Source: an uncultured Gemmatimonadaceae bacterium (lineage in GTDB: Bacteria > Gemmatimonadota > Gemmatimonadetes > Gemmatimonadales > Gemmatimonadaceae). Taken from it: a stretch of 64,000 nucleotides of DNA. Location of the stretch: contig CAWBOC010000009.1 of NCBI GenBank assembly GCA_963790305.1, forward strand, positions 288,001 through 352,000, given 5' to 3'. Of the stretch, positions 31,661 through 41,553 are shown in pieces (the stretch's first letter is position 1; every line of letters begins with the position of its first letter). The notes under the pieces were generated by a model. The model was not told the origin of the DNA and did no database searches. It worked only from the letters and a program-made list of their open reading frames with translations. Both the position numbers and the translations under genes were made by a program.

Positions 31661-34177
31661 TCAGCCGCACTCCGAGAAGCCGCAGACGTGACACTTCACG
31701 CACCCTTCGGCAAACTCGAGCTGCGATCCGCAATCGGGGCACGTCCCCATGAAGGACTGGGTGTACCCACTCATGTCGAACCCGAGCTGCTCAGGCTCCG
31801 GCGCGCCGGCTCCTCCGCCAGATCCCTCGGATACCGGGTTGGCGATCTGCTCCAGCGCCGGGATGCCTGCCTGACGGGTGTCGGGCGGCAAGAGCTCCGC
31901 CTGCACGCCCTGGTGCTTGTCGCGCCACCAATCCTCGAGCGCGATGCCGATGGCGTCCGGCACCGAGAGTACCTTGTTCGGGCCGAGGCCGACCGCACGA
32001 TCCGACGAGATCCCACGCAGCTGACGGTGGATCGACGGCAGCGGAATGCCGGACCGCAGCGCCAGCGAGATCAGGCGTCCCATCGCCTCGGCATCCGCCA
32101 TCGCCGCGCCGCCAGCCTTGCCTAACGTGATGAACACCTCGAACGGCTGCCCGCGGTCGTCCTCGGTGATGTTCACGAACATGGTGCCGAGCGGGGTCTC
32201 CTTGCGGATGGTGGTCCCGCGCAGCTTGTCGGGACGTGCCCGCTTCGCGCGGCGCTGGAGGTTTTCGGCCTCCACCTCGAAGAGCTGCTTGCGCAGCCGC
32301 TCGATCTCATGGTGCAGTTCCGCCGTGGTGCCCTCGAGCTCCCCAATGCGACGCTTGTCCGACGTCGCCTGCTCGCGAGTCTGCTTCGCCTGCTCGGTGG
32401 CGCCTGTCGAGAGCACCTGATTGTCACGCGACCCGTCACGGTACACGGTGACGCCCTTGCACCGCAGCTCGAAGGCGAGCTCGTAGATGGTGCGAACGTC
32501 CTCGACCGCCGCGGTGTGCGCGAAGTTCGTCGTCTTCGAGATCGCCGAGTCGCAGTGGCGCTGGAAGGCGGCCTGCATGCGGATGTGCCATTCCGGGGCG
32601 ATCTCGTTCGCGGTCGTGAAGACGCGCTGCCACTTCACGGGGACCTCGGGGAACTTGATCGTCCCCTGCTTCGCGATGCGCTCCATCAGCTCATCGGAGT
32701 ACCATCCCTCGCGCTTGGCGATCGCCACGAAATCCTCGTTGACGTCGGGCATGAGGACGCCAGCCTGGTTCCGCATGAACGCCACGGCAAAGAGCGGCTC
32801 GAGACCCGAGGAGCAGCCCGCGATGATCGAGATCGTCCCCGTCGGCGCAACCGTGGTGACGTTGCAGTTGCGGATCATCTTCATCGGACGGATGCGCTGC
32901 CCACGCGCATCCTTCGCCGCCGTCTCCTCCGGCCCCCAAATGGACCGGGCCCAGTCGGAGAACGGGCCGCGCTCCACCGCCAGCCGCTCGCTTTCGCGCT
33001 TCGCCTCGACGTCGACGAACTCCATCACCGTCCGGCCGAACTCGACGCCCTCTTCGCTGTCGTAGGGGATGCCGAGCCGCACGAGCGCATCGGCGAAGCC
33101 CATCACGCCCAGTCCGATGCGACGGATGCGCTTGGCGAGCGTGTCGATCTCGACCAGCGGGTACTTGTTGACGTCGATGATGTTGTCGAGGAAGTGCGTG
33201 CTGAGGTGGATGTCGCGCTTGAACGCGTCCCAGTCCATCTGCCCGTCGCGCACGTAGTAGCCGACGTTGATGGAGCCGAGGTTGCAGACATCGTAGGCGA
33301 GCAGCGGCTGCTCCCCGCAGGGATTGGTCGCCTCGTACGAGCCTAACGTCGGCACCGGGTTGTGCCGGTTGGCTTCATCGATGAAGAACACACCCGGCTC
33401 GCCGGTGCGCCACGCGCCCTCGATCATCTTGTCCCAGACCATGTTCGCGTCGAGTCGCCCCGCTTCCTTGCCGCTGTGCGGATCGATCAGCGAATACTCG
33501 GTGCGCTCCTTGACCGCCCGCATGAACGCGTCGGTGATCGCGACCGAGATGTTGAAGTTCGTGATCTGGGTGAGGTCTTCCTTGCAGGTGATGAACTCGA
33601 GGATGTCGGGATGATCGACCCGGAGAATGCCCATGTTCGCGCCGCGGCGCGTGCCCCCCTGCTTCACCGCCTCGGTGGAGGCGTCATACAGCTTCATGAA
33701 CGACACGGGGCCGCTGGCGACACCAGTCGTCGAGCGCACCATGCTTCCCTTGGGGCGCAGTCGCGAGAACGAGAATCCGGTACCCCCGCCCGACTGGTGG
33801 ATGAGCGCCATCGCCTTCAACGTGTCGTAGATGCCGTCATGCCCGTTCGAGAGAGAATCGTTGACGGGCAGCACGAAGCACGCGGAAAGCTGGCCTAACG
33901 GGCGGCCCGCGTTCATGAGCGTCGGCGAGTTGGGCTCGAACCGGCGCTCCGTCATCAGCCGATAGAACTCCTCGGCCACCGTCTCGACCGCGCCATCACT
34001 TGCGCCGTATCGTCTATCCGCCTCCGCCACGACCGTTGCCACGCGCCAGAAGAGCTCCTCCGGCGATTCGGTCGGCTTTCCGCGCTCATCCTTGACCAGG
34101 TAGCGCTTCTGAAGGACGGTGCGCGCGTTCTGGCTGAGCGCACCGGCGGGGATGGGCGGCTTGGACGACAGGGACAT
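31661..34177 (-). CDS. nrdJ: Adenosylcobalamin-dependent (class II) ribonucleotide reductase with TSCPD and Zn-ribbon tail
   Basis: PNSPTLMNAG, SACFV, GGTRRGANM, TNPCGEQ, APTGTIS, KGVTVYRDGSR, CPDC...CHVCGFSECG. Confidence 0.95.
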   Translation of the reverse strand: MSLSSKPPIPAGALSQNARTVLQKRYLVKDERGKPTESPEELFWRVATVVAEADRRYGASDGAVETVAEEFYRLMTERRFEPNSPTLMNAGRPLGQLSACFVLPVNDSLSNGHDGIYDTLKAMALIHQSGGGTGFSFSRLRPKGSMVRSTTGVASGPVSFMKLYDASTEAVKQGGTRRGANMGILRVDHPDILEFITCKEDLTQITNFNISVAITDAFMRAVKERTEYSLIDPHSGKEAGRLDANMVWDKMIEGAWRTGEPGVFFIDEANRHNPVPTLGSYEATNPCGEQPLLAYDVCNLGSINVGYYVRDGQMDWDAFKRDIHLSTHFLDNIIDVNKYPLVEIDTLAKRIRRIGLGVMGFADALVRLGIPYDSEEGVEFGRTVMEFVDVEAKRESERLAVERGPFSDWARSIWGPEETAAKDARGQRIRPMKMIRNCNVTTVAPTGTISIIAGCSSGLEPLFAVAFMRNQAGVLMPDVNEDFVAIAKREGWYSDELMERIAKQGTIKFPEVPVKWQRVFTTANEIAPEWHIRMQAAFQRHCDSAISKTTNFAHTAAVEDVRTIYELAFELRCKGVTVYRDGSRDNQVLSTGATEQAKQTREQATSDKRRIGELEGTTAELHHEIERLRKQLFEVEAENLQRRAKRARPDKLRGTTIRKETPLGTMFVNITEDDRGQPFEVFITLGKAGGAAMADAEAMGRLISLALRSGIPLPSIHRQLRGISSDRAVGLGPNKVLSVPDAIGIALEDWWRDKHQGVQAELLPPDTRQAGIPALEQIANPVSEGSGGGAGAPEPEQLGFDMSGYTQSFMGTCPDCGSQLEFAEGCVKCHVCGFSECG

Positions 34178-34674
34178 TGACTGCGCTCCCAGGTGAGTGT
34201 CCTACAAGCTACGCGGACGTGGGGATCTTGGAAGACCAGCGATCCCGCGCGGGAACTGCGTGGGCGCGGAGGATACCCGGGTTCGTGTTTCCGCGCAAGC
34301 GTTTTGTAAACGACGTACACGTAATGAGTTGAACTATCAACATCACGAATCGGTTCCTGGTAGTGCCTTTTCCACGCGCAAGACCGACGACGTAACCGGC
34401 GTCATATGTGACCTGCGTCCACATTGCCGTGGTCCCGCCAGGCGCGAGCCGCCGGTCTGCGATCCTGATCTCGCCCAAGAGCTTGCACTTCCCCGATCGC
34501 GCCGCGAGCTCGCCGGCGCCACCGTTTGTCTCGAGGCCGAAGCGCCTCGCGACGTCGTCGCCAGCGCGTGCGCCTTGCCTCGAAACACGTGCATGCGACG
34601 GACCATTGGGGCCCATAAGCGGCGGCGACGTCGAGCATGGTGCAACCGAGCAACTTGCGCTGGATCCGGAAATA

Positions 34675-34700
34675 CGTTAGTACTTACGTAACTGCTAACG
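34675..34700. promoter_or_regulatory. Palindromic operator upstream of the MarR fusion gene
   Basis: CGTTAGTACTTACGTAACTGCTAACG (22 of 26 positions symmetric), 9 bp before GTG 34710, overlapping a possible -10; TTGCGC at 34655 is a possible -35. Confidence 0.65.
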
Positions 34701-34709
34701 GAGTTTCCT

Positions 34710-36191
34710 GTGGATTACGTTCGTGAGCTCGGCGTCCTCGTCCTCGATCACCGGTTCCGCCGCATGACGGAGACCCTCCTCCGCACGGCAGACGAGCTCT
34801 ATGAGGCTCGCGGGCTCCCATTCCGCGCGCGCTGGACCTCGACCTACCAGCTCCTCTTCTCCCATGGGCCCCTCGGAATCACCGATCTCGCCGAGCGGCT
34901 GCGACTCACGCACCCGGCGATCATCGGCATCACCAATGCCATGCGCGAGGAAGGGCTCGTGAGCGACGCGCGCGACCGGCATGACGCACGGCGGCGCATG
35001 ATCGCCTTGACCGCACGCGCGCGGGAGCTGGACCCCGAGCTGCGAGCACTCTGGAAAGCGCTTGCCGACGTACAGCACGAACGCTTCGCGGCCGCCGGCG
35101 TCGAGATCGTCGCGGTACTCGACGCGGTCGAGGACGACATGACGAAGCGACCGCTGACCACGGAGGTCCTCGACCGTCTGGGTCCCGTTGCGACGCCAGC
35201 CTCGCGCGCGCGAGGGCGCCGCGGAGCCGTTGCCACGGTCCTCGCGTTATGCATCGCCGGAGCGAGCGCGTATGCCCAGGCACCCTCGCCTTCTCCGCGT
35301 GTTGTCGTGCAGGCGATCGCCGACTCCCTCGTTGGTGGCTACATCTACGAAGCCACCGGGCGCGTATTCGCCGACAGCCTGCGCGCGCGCTTAGCCAGAG
35401 GGCACTTCGACACGTTGCGTGGTACCTCGTTGGCGAACGAGGTGACGAGCGTCCTGCAACGCGTCAGCCCCGATCGCCACCTCGGTATCCGCTTCGACGC
35501 GGCACCTGTCGCTCCGACCGGCGGCCCGGTGCGGGTGCGGCGCCGTCCAACCAATGCCCCCGGCGGCGTGGCCTCCAACGATCCGGCACGCTTCGGCTTC
35601 GCCCGCGTCGAGCGGCTTCCCGGGAACGTTGGGTATCTCGACGTACGGGGCTTCTCCAACGACCCCGAGGCGCTGCGGTTCGCGGATTCCGCAATGGCCA
35701 GCTTCGCCGGCGTGAGCGCCCTGATCATCGACGTCGGGCAGAATCGCGGGGGTGGGCCGGAGATGGTGCGATTGCTCTCCACCTACCTCTTCGATGGGCC
35801 TACACACCTCGTGTCGTCGTTCAGGCGCGGAATGTCCGAGCCATCGGAGCGGTGGACGCTCGAAGAGGTGCGCGGTCCGCGGCTCGCGTCGGTGCCGGTC
35901 TTCGTCCTCACCAGCAATCTCACGATTTCCGCCGCGGAATCGTTCACCTTCGGCCTCGAGGCGCACGACCGCATAACGATCGTCGGTGAGCCGACGGCCG
36001 GTGGTGGGCACTTCGGCGACGTGATCCCCCTTCCCGGCGGCTTCTCAATGTTTCTCCCGCGCGGGCGCACGTACGATCCGCGCACCAACAAGGGCTGGGA
36101 AGCGACGGGCATCCAGCCCGATGTCCGGGTGCCCTACGAGCGTGCGCTCGAGACGGCGCTCGGGATGGCCGGAAAGAAGCAAAGGCGCTAA
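34710..36191 (+). CDS. MarR-family wHTH fused through a signal-peptide-like segment to an S41 peptidase
   Basis: ITDLAERLRLTHPAI...DARRRMIALT; RGRRGAVATVLALCIAGASAYA|QAP; GNVGYL, DVGQNRGG, TISAAESF, GEPTAGG, WEATGIQPD. Confidence 0.85.
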   Translation: MDYVRELGVLVLDHRFRRMTETLLRTADELYEARGLPFRARWTSTYQLLFSHGPLGITDLAERLRLTHPAIIGITNAMREEGLVSDARDRHDARRRMIALTARARELDPELRALWKALADVQHERFAAAGVEIVAVLDAVEDDMTKRPLTTEVLDRLGPVATPASRARGRRGAVATVLALCIAGASAYAQAPSPSPRVVVQAIADSLVGGYIYEATGRVFADSLRARLARGHFDTLRGTSLANEVTSVLQRVSPDRHLGIRFDAAPVAPTGGPVRVRRRPTNAPGGVASNDPARFGFARVERLPGNVGYLDVRGFSNDPEALRFADSAMASFAGVSALIIDVGQNRGGGPEMVRLLSTYLFDGPTHLVSSFRRGMSEPSERWTLEEVRGPRLASVPVFVLTSNLTISAAESFTFGLEAHDRITIVGEPTAGGGHFGDVIPLPGGFSMFLPRGRTYDPRTNKGWEATGIQPDVRVPYERALETALGMAGKKQRR

Positions 36192-36277
36192 AGGCGCTAA
36201 AGGCGCTAAGGGCGCGGAACCGCTCGCCTCTAGCGCGTCTAGCGCCTCTAGCGCCTCTAGCGCCTCTAGCGCCTCTA
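36181..36277. repeat. Palindrome of inverted 9-bp tandem repeats (AAAGGCGCT / AGCGCCTCT)
   Basis: AAAGGCGCT x3 plus a variant, then AGCGCGTCT and AGCGCCTCT x4; includes the stop codons of both convergent genes. Confidence 0.92.
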
Positions 36278-37924
36278 GGGTTCCGGCTCCGCGCGCTCCG
36301 CGACCGTCGACGGCGCCTGCGCACGGGTCCGTGCCAGATACGCCGCGCTCAGATTCGCGTACGCCCTCGGCACATCGGGATACTCCATCAGCGCCAGCTC
36401 GAGGATCGCGATCGCGCGGTCATACTCGCGGCGCTCGAGAAAGTGCATCGCCGCCGAGTCGAGGGAGAGGCGCGCATCGGCATAAGCGTGGGTGGAGTCT
36501 TCGCGGAAGGCGGCGAGTCGCTCGCGCGCGGCCGACGTGTCGCCCGCGCTGATCGCCTGACGAATCTCATCCGAGAGACGCGGGCGGGCAACGAATCCGA
36601 GCGCGGTCGTCAGGATGGGATCCTCGTTGCGCACGTAGTCGCTGAAGGAGAGGGCCGCCGCGACATCGGGCGCTGTCCACTGGCGCTGGTCGCTGGGAAG
36701 CCACGCCTGCCAGTAGATCGTGGCGGCGCGCACGGTGATTCCGCTGTTCGGCAGCGAGATGCGCCGTGAATCGCCGTAGTGGTTCCCCTTCGAGGCGGAC
36801 GGCTCGCCGACGAAGGTGACGTCGGCGTACTTCTGCAGGTCGTCGACGAGGAACTGGGCCGCCGACCACGTGCTCCGTCCCGTCAGCACGAGCAGCTTGC
36901 CACGCTCGTTGACGTTAGGCCGTTTGAGAATACCACTCACCAGCGGGCGCAGGAGCACACCGTTGCCGCCGCGATTGAGGCGCAGGTCGAGCACGAGGCG
37001 GTCGGCGTGCACACTGTCGATCGCCGATAGCAGCCGCTGCGTGAACTCGGCGAAACTCTCCGACGGTCCATTCCGCACCTGGTTGATCTGCGCGTACACC
37101 GTCTTCGATTCGGGGAGCACCGTAAACCACCAGAGCACCTTTTCCGGATCGCGGCTGATCCAGAGGGGCTCGGGCGCCGATGCACGGTCACGCGCATCGA
37201 CCCAACCCGGCTTGCGACGCCAGCTCACGTCCGCGTCGGCCGGCATCAGATCGACGGGGCCGACGGGACGCAACCAGACCGAGCGCGTGCTGCCGCCAAC
37301 CTCGAGCTCGAACAGAACGCTATCGGGGCTCGGTGCCAGCCCGGCGGCGTGCAGGACCTCGGGGATGGCGAGCAGATGTGGCGCAAAGAATCTCACGCCC
37401 ATCTCGTTGTCGCGTCCGATGTATGGACGAACGCGACCATAGGCCTCGTCGACGGTCGCATCGCCAATGCGAAGCACGCGCGCTCCGGCGAGGTCGGCGT
37501 GGATGCGGTGCGCCGCACGCACGTAGAGTCCGTCGCGAAACAGGTACAGCGCGACAGGGAGCGCGCGAAAGCCGATCGCGCCGTCTCGGGTCGGGTAGAT
37601 GTTGGTGTGACCGTCGCCGCCGAGGGCGACAATGCGCGCCATCTCGAGGATGATCTCGTGGCGCGCGAGCGTCGGGATGCGCGCGTGCAGCGCTTTCGCG
37701 GCGCTGTCGAACGTCTCCGCGCTCGTGGTGTGATAGAGATTTCGGTGTTGTCGTGGCAGCTCGTCCATCATCATCCGGAGATCTTCTCGCCATTGCTCTG
37801 GAGTGAGCGTGTAGCGGGGAGCGACTGTCTGCGAGAAGACCGGGGGCGCCAGGAGGAGCGCGCTGATGATGGCGACGATGCAGTACCCTGCCCGTAGGGC
37901 ACTGCCGCCAGCACGACGAGTCAT
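36275..37924 (-). CDS. Secreted S41-like peptidase with C-terminal TPR
   Basis: Signal peptide; GDGHT, LDLRLNRGGN, TWSAAQ, FVGEP, APDV; terminal TPR. Confidence 0.8.
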   Translation of the reverse strand: MTRRAGGSALRAGYCIVAIISALLLAPPVFSQTVAPRYTLTPEQWREDLRMMMDELPRQHRNLYHTTSAETFDSAAKALHARIPTLARHEIILEMARIVALGGDGHTNIYPTRDGAIGFRALPVALYLFRDGLYVRAAHRIHADLAGARVLRIGDATVDEAYGRVRPYIGRDNEMGVRFFAPHLLAIPEVLHAAGLAPSPDSVLFELEVGGSTRSVWLRPVGPVDLMPADADVSWRRKPGWVDARDRASAPEPLWISRDPEKVLWWFTVLPESKTVYAQINQVRNGPSESFAEFTQRLLSAIDSVHADRLVLDLRLNRGGNGVLLRPLVSGILKRPNVNERGKLLVLTGRSTWSAAQFLVDDLQKYADVTFVGEPSASKGNHYGDSRRISLPNSGITVRAATIYWQAWLPSDQRQWTAPDVAAALSFSDYVRNEDPILTTALGFVARPRLSDEIRQAISAGDTSAARERLAAFREDSTHAYADARLSLDSAAMHFLERREYDRAIAILELALMEYPDVPRAYANLSAAYLARTRAQAPSTVAERAEPEP

Positions 37925-38019
37925 GCAAGCCTCACATCAGAAGAAGTGATGCTGATCACTTCAACTGCGACACCTCAATCCGATGAGAGGTTTACGCACG
38001 TCGAACGTTGACGTTTTCA

Positions 38020-38511
38020 TTACTTCGCGCTCTTCCGGTATTCCTCCTGAAGGTCGAGGTAGCTCTCCACCGTCTTCCGAATGCGCCCGCGCTCGGCCTC
38101 GGTCGTCTGGCGAACGACGCGCGCCGGCACGCCCAGCACGAGCGAGTTGGGCGGGATCCGCATCCCCTCCGGGCACACCGCGCCCGCACCGATGATCGAC
38201 CCAGTCCCGACCTCGACGCCGTTAAGCAGCACTGCGCCCATCGCAATGAGCACGTCATCCTCGATCGTCGCGCCGTGCACGATCGCCCGGTGCCCGATCC
38301 CGACCCGCGCCCCGATGATCGTGGGCACGCCGTGATCCACGTGGATGATCGTTCCGTCCTGCACGTTGGTGTCGGCGCCGATGACGATCCGATCCGTGTC
38401 GCCGCGAATGACCGCCGTCGGCCACACCGACACGTGTGCGCCGAGCGTGACGTCACCCGTGACGACGGCCGCCGGGTGGATGTAGGCGGTGGGGTGGATG
38501 GTCGGTGGCAT
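38020..38511 (-). CDS. Gamma-carbonic anhydrase family protein (YrdA-like)
   Basis: IHPTAYIHP, VIRGD, NVQDGTIIH, GHRAIVHG hexapeptide repeats. Confidence 0.92.
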   Translation of the reverse strand: MPPTIHPTAYIHPAAVVTGDVTLGAHVSVWPTAVIRGDTDRIVIGADTNVQDGTIIHVDHGVPTIIGARVGIGHRAIVHGATIEDDVLIAMGAVLLNGVEVGTGSIIGAGAVCPEGMRIPPNSLVLGVPARVVRQTTEAERGRIRKTVESYLDLQEEYRKSAK

Positions 38512-38550
38512 CTCAATCCGCAGGTTGGAGGCTTGGTGCGCGGTGAGCCT

Positions 38551-38656
38551 AACTGCATCACCACGGAGGCACAGAGGGCACAGAGGACGGCCACCTGCAA
38601 CGGCCGTTGCAGGTGGCCGTCCTCTGTGCCCTCTGTGCCTCCGTGGTGATGCAGTT
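38551..38656. repeat. Perfect 106-bp loopless palindrome containing GGCACAGAG tandem units
   Basis: AACTGCATCACCACGGAGGCACAGAGGGCACAGAGGACGGCCACCTGCAACGG|CCGTTGCAGGTGGCCGTCCTCTGTGCCCTCTGTGCCTCCGTGGTGATGCAGTT. Confidence 0.95.
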
Positions 38657-38675
38657 GGCTCCTGTCGACACGAAC

Positions 38676-41553
38676 CTAGAATGAAGTCCCAAGCAGCACA
38701 TACACGCTCCCGTCTCCCCGCCTCGAGCCAGCCACGGGCCGAGCGGCTCCGACCCGCAAGCGGTACGCGTCGTCGTAGAGCCACGCAATGTCGAGTGCGA
38801 GCTCGGCGCCCGCGGAGGCAATCCACTCCACGGGTCGCGGATCCCAGCCCGCGCCGGCATCGGCGAAGATCGAGCCCGACAGACGGTCGAAGAAGAGCGG
38901 ACCGGCACCACGAGTGGCGAGGGTCAGCGGGAATCGCCACTCCGCCGACGTAGCGAGCGCGCGCGTCCCCTCGCGTGAGTCAGTCGGCCAGCCACGCACG
39001 CCGAAGGTGCGGCGGGTGCCGGTGCGCACGCCGGGGAGCACCTCCACTGACGAGCCGCTCTCGCCGCCTACGGAGAAGATCTCGGGCGCGATGCCATCGG
39101 ACCACCCAGCCGCCACGCGCGCCGCCAATACGTGGTGCGCGTAGCCCGGCAGGTCGAGCGACTTGTACATCGACAGCACGCCAAGAGCCTCCTTCGACCA
39201 TGGCCGCGACTCACCGGCGATCCATCGCTGACGTCCGAACGCGCCGAGCTGGACGCCATCCTCGAGAGAGATCGCGAGCGGCGGTCGTCGCGCGTTCGCC
39301 CATCCCGCCGAGACGTACGCGCCGCGAAATGACGGTGTACGCCCACGAGAGAAGGTGAGACGGTCGATCACCGGAACCGGATCGGACGTGTAGCGAAGCC
39401 ATTCGTACTCGCCACCAACGGTGATCGACGAATAGGTCCGCACGCGCGGGCGCTCCAGCGACAGCCCCAGCGAGACCTCGCGCGATCGCTCGAGCAGCGC
39501 GCCAATGGGGTTGTCATCGGTGTCGACGATGGTGAACGCGTCCCATGATTGCGCGGCAACGATATCGACGACCGGAAGTCCGAGCCCGCGCCACACCCAC
39601 TCCACGTCGCCAGCGAGCTCATCGTCCTCAGGCGACCACACGACTTCCGCCCCCCAAGAGTGTCGGCCGACGATGTCGGATGCGCTCGTGAATCCGCCGA
39701 GCGAGGTCGCACCACGAGAGCTCTCGCCAATGGTGGGAAGCCAGTAGCGAGGCAAAAGCATCTGCAGCGATGAGTATCGTCGCGTGTGGTGCTTGCGAAG
39801 GCTCAGGGTGCCGCGCGGCGCTGGCCGAGAACCGTTCCAGAGGGGTGGGCCGATCCACACCGATGGTATCGAGGGGAGCCACGCCGACGTGGAATCCATC
39901 GTTGCGGTAATGGACGGCCGCGAGTCGATCGCCCTCGGGCGACGGCTCGGGCTCGAACATGCCGGTGGCCGCCGAGCTGAGCCGCCTGACGAGCGCGCCA
40001 TTGATGGCATCGTCACTGCCGAGCGAGTCCACCGGCACCGCGTAGAGCTGGGTCGCTCCGGTGCGATCCGATGAAAAGAAGAGCCAGCGGCCATCACGAC
40101 TCCACGACGGTGACGCGTCGACCGCGCGGTCGGCGGTGACGCGCGCGATCACCACCCCTGTCGTGTCGAGCAGCACGACGTCGCCGAAACCGCCGTGTGT
40201 CCAGCGCACGGCGGCAATGCGATCTCCGCGCGGTGACCACCTCGGCTCGGCCCACTGTGTATCGGGATGAACGCGCGTGAGCGGAGTGACGACGCCATCC
40301 ATCGTAACGCGGACGAGTCGGTTGGTGGCCGGCGCTCCCTGGACCGCCACGATCGCGCCGTCATCGCGCGCATCGGGCTCGCCGAGGCGGGCGTCGCTCG
40401 TAAGGCGGCGGGCGTTGCCAGGATGGCCGATCCACAGGTCGCTGCGAATGTGCCAGGGACTGGTGAACTCGAGCTGCGCGAACAGCAGCCGCCCGTCACG
40501 CAGCGGGACGTTGACGTCGGTCCCGTTCCGCCGCGCCAGTCGATCCACGCGCCCGCCCATGTCGACCTCATAGACGCCAGGCACTTCCTCGCCGGGTATC
40601 GCGGCAAAGATGAGGGAGCTGTCGGTCGACCACCGTGGCGTCATGGCGACGCGTCCCTCCCGCGTGAGATCGCGCCACCCGGGGATCGGCGTCTCCGGTG
40701 CCCCCACGACGCCCCTCGCAAGCGTGTCGCGCCACTCGCGGAACGCATCGCCGAACGAGACACCGAATGCGCCTCGTGAGGCACGTCCGAGAAAGAACGG
40801 GATCGGGAACCTCGACATCCGCTCGATGAACTCCGGCACCTTCTCGGCGCCGCGCGTGCGGGCGAGGTAGTCGAAGAAGAGCGAGCCGAATGCGTACGGA
40901 ATCTCACCCCACGGGTAGCGCGCCGTTGCCGCGCTCCATTCGGCCGGTGGCGGAACGTCGTTCGCCAGCGCGCTCGCGCGCGCGATCATCTCCTGGTGCG
41001 TGCCACGGACCCGGCCGGCGCTGGTGAGGCGCGACTCGTAATACGTCGCGAGCCCCTCGATGACCCACGCCGGGGTGTACAAATTCGGCATGAGCACCGG
41101 CGCGCGGCCAAACAGCTTGCGTGCCGCGCCCCACCACCCCGCTGAGCGATCGAGATGAAAAATGTGAAAGAGCTCGTGCGTTATGACGAGCTCGGTCCAG
41201 TCATCGTAGAACCGAAGCGACCGCGACGCCGTCGGCGGGTTCGCGTAGATGACGATGCGGTTGGTCGGAAAGGGCGTGGCGTAGCCGTTCGTGAAGTCGA
41301 CGTTGTCGGCAATGACGAGATCGATCACTCCGCGCGGAGGGCGCAGCTCTCCCGCCAGCTGCGTCCAGGCGACCTCTGCCTGCGAGGCGGCGCGCCTCGC
41401 GGCGGCTTCGAGGGGCGGCGTGAAGTGCACGCGAAAATGGGGCGTTGCGAGGGTGCGCCACGAATCGTGCGGAACCAGCTGCGCCGAAGCTGGAAGCACT
41501 CCGACGAAAACGGTGACGAGCGCCGCCAACACACCTCGTGCGAACGGCCTCAT
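38676..41553 (-). CDS. HExxH peptidase domain, TolB/PD40 propeller and BamA-like beta-barrel protein (frameshift near 39785)
   Basis: Signal peptide; WRTLATPHFRVHF, THELFHIFH, WVIEGLATYYE; PRWS repeats; VRGW, SAEWRFPL, terminal GTSF. Confidence 0.82.

Noticed and set aside
34180..34670. Possible cobalamin riboswitch, NrdR boxes or small ORFs upstream of nrdJ
   Set aside because: No B12-box or convincing NrdR consensus was recognisable, and the ORFs there are not protein-like.
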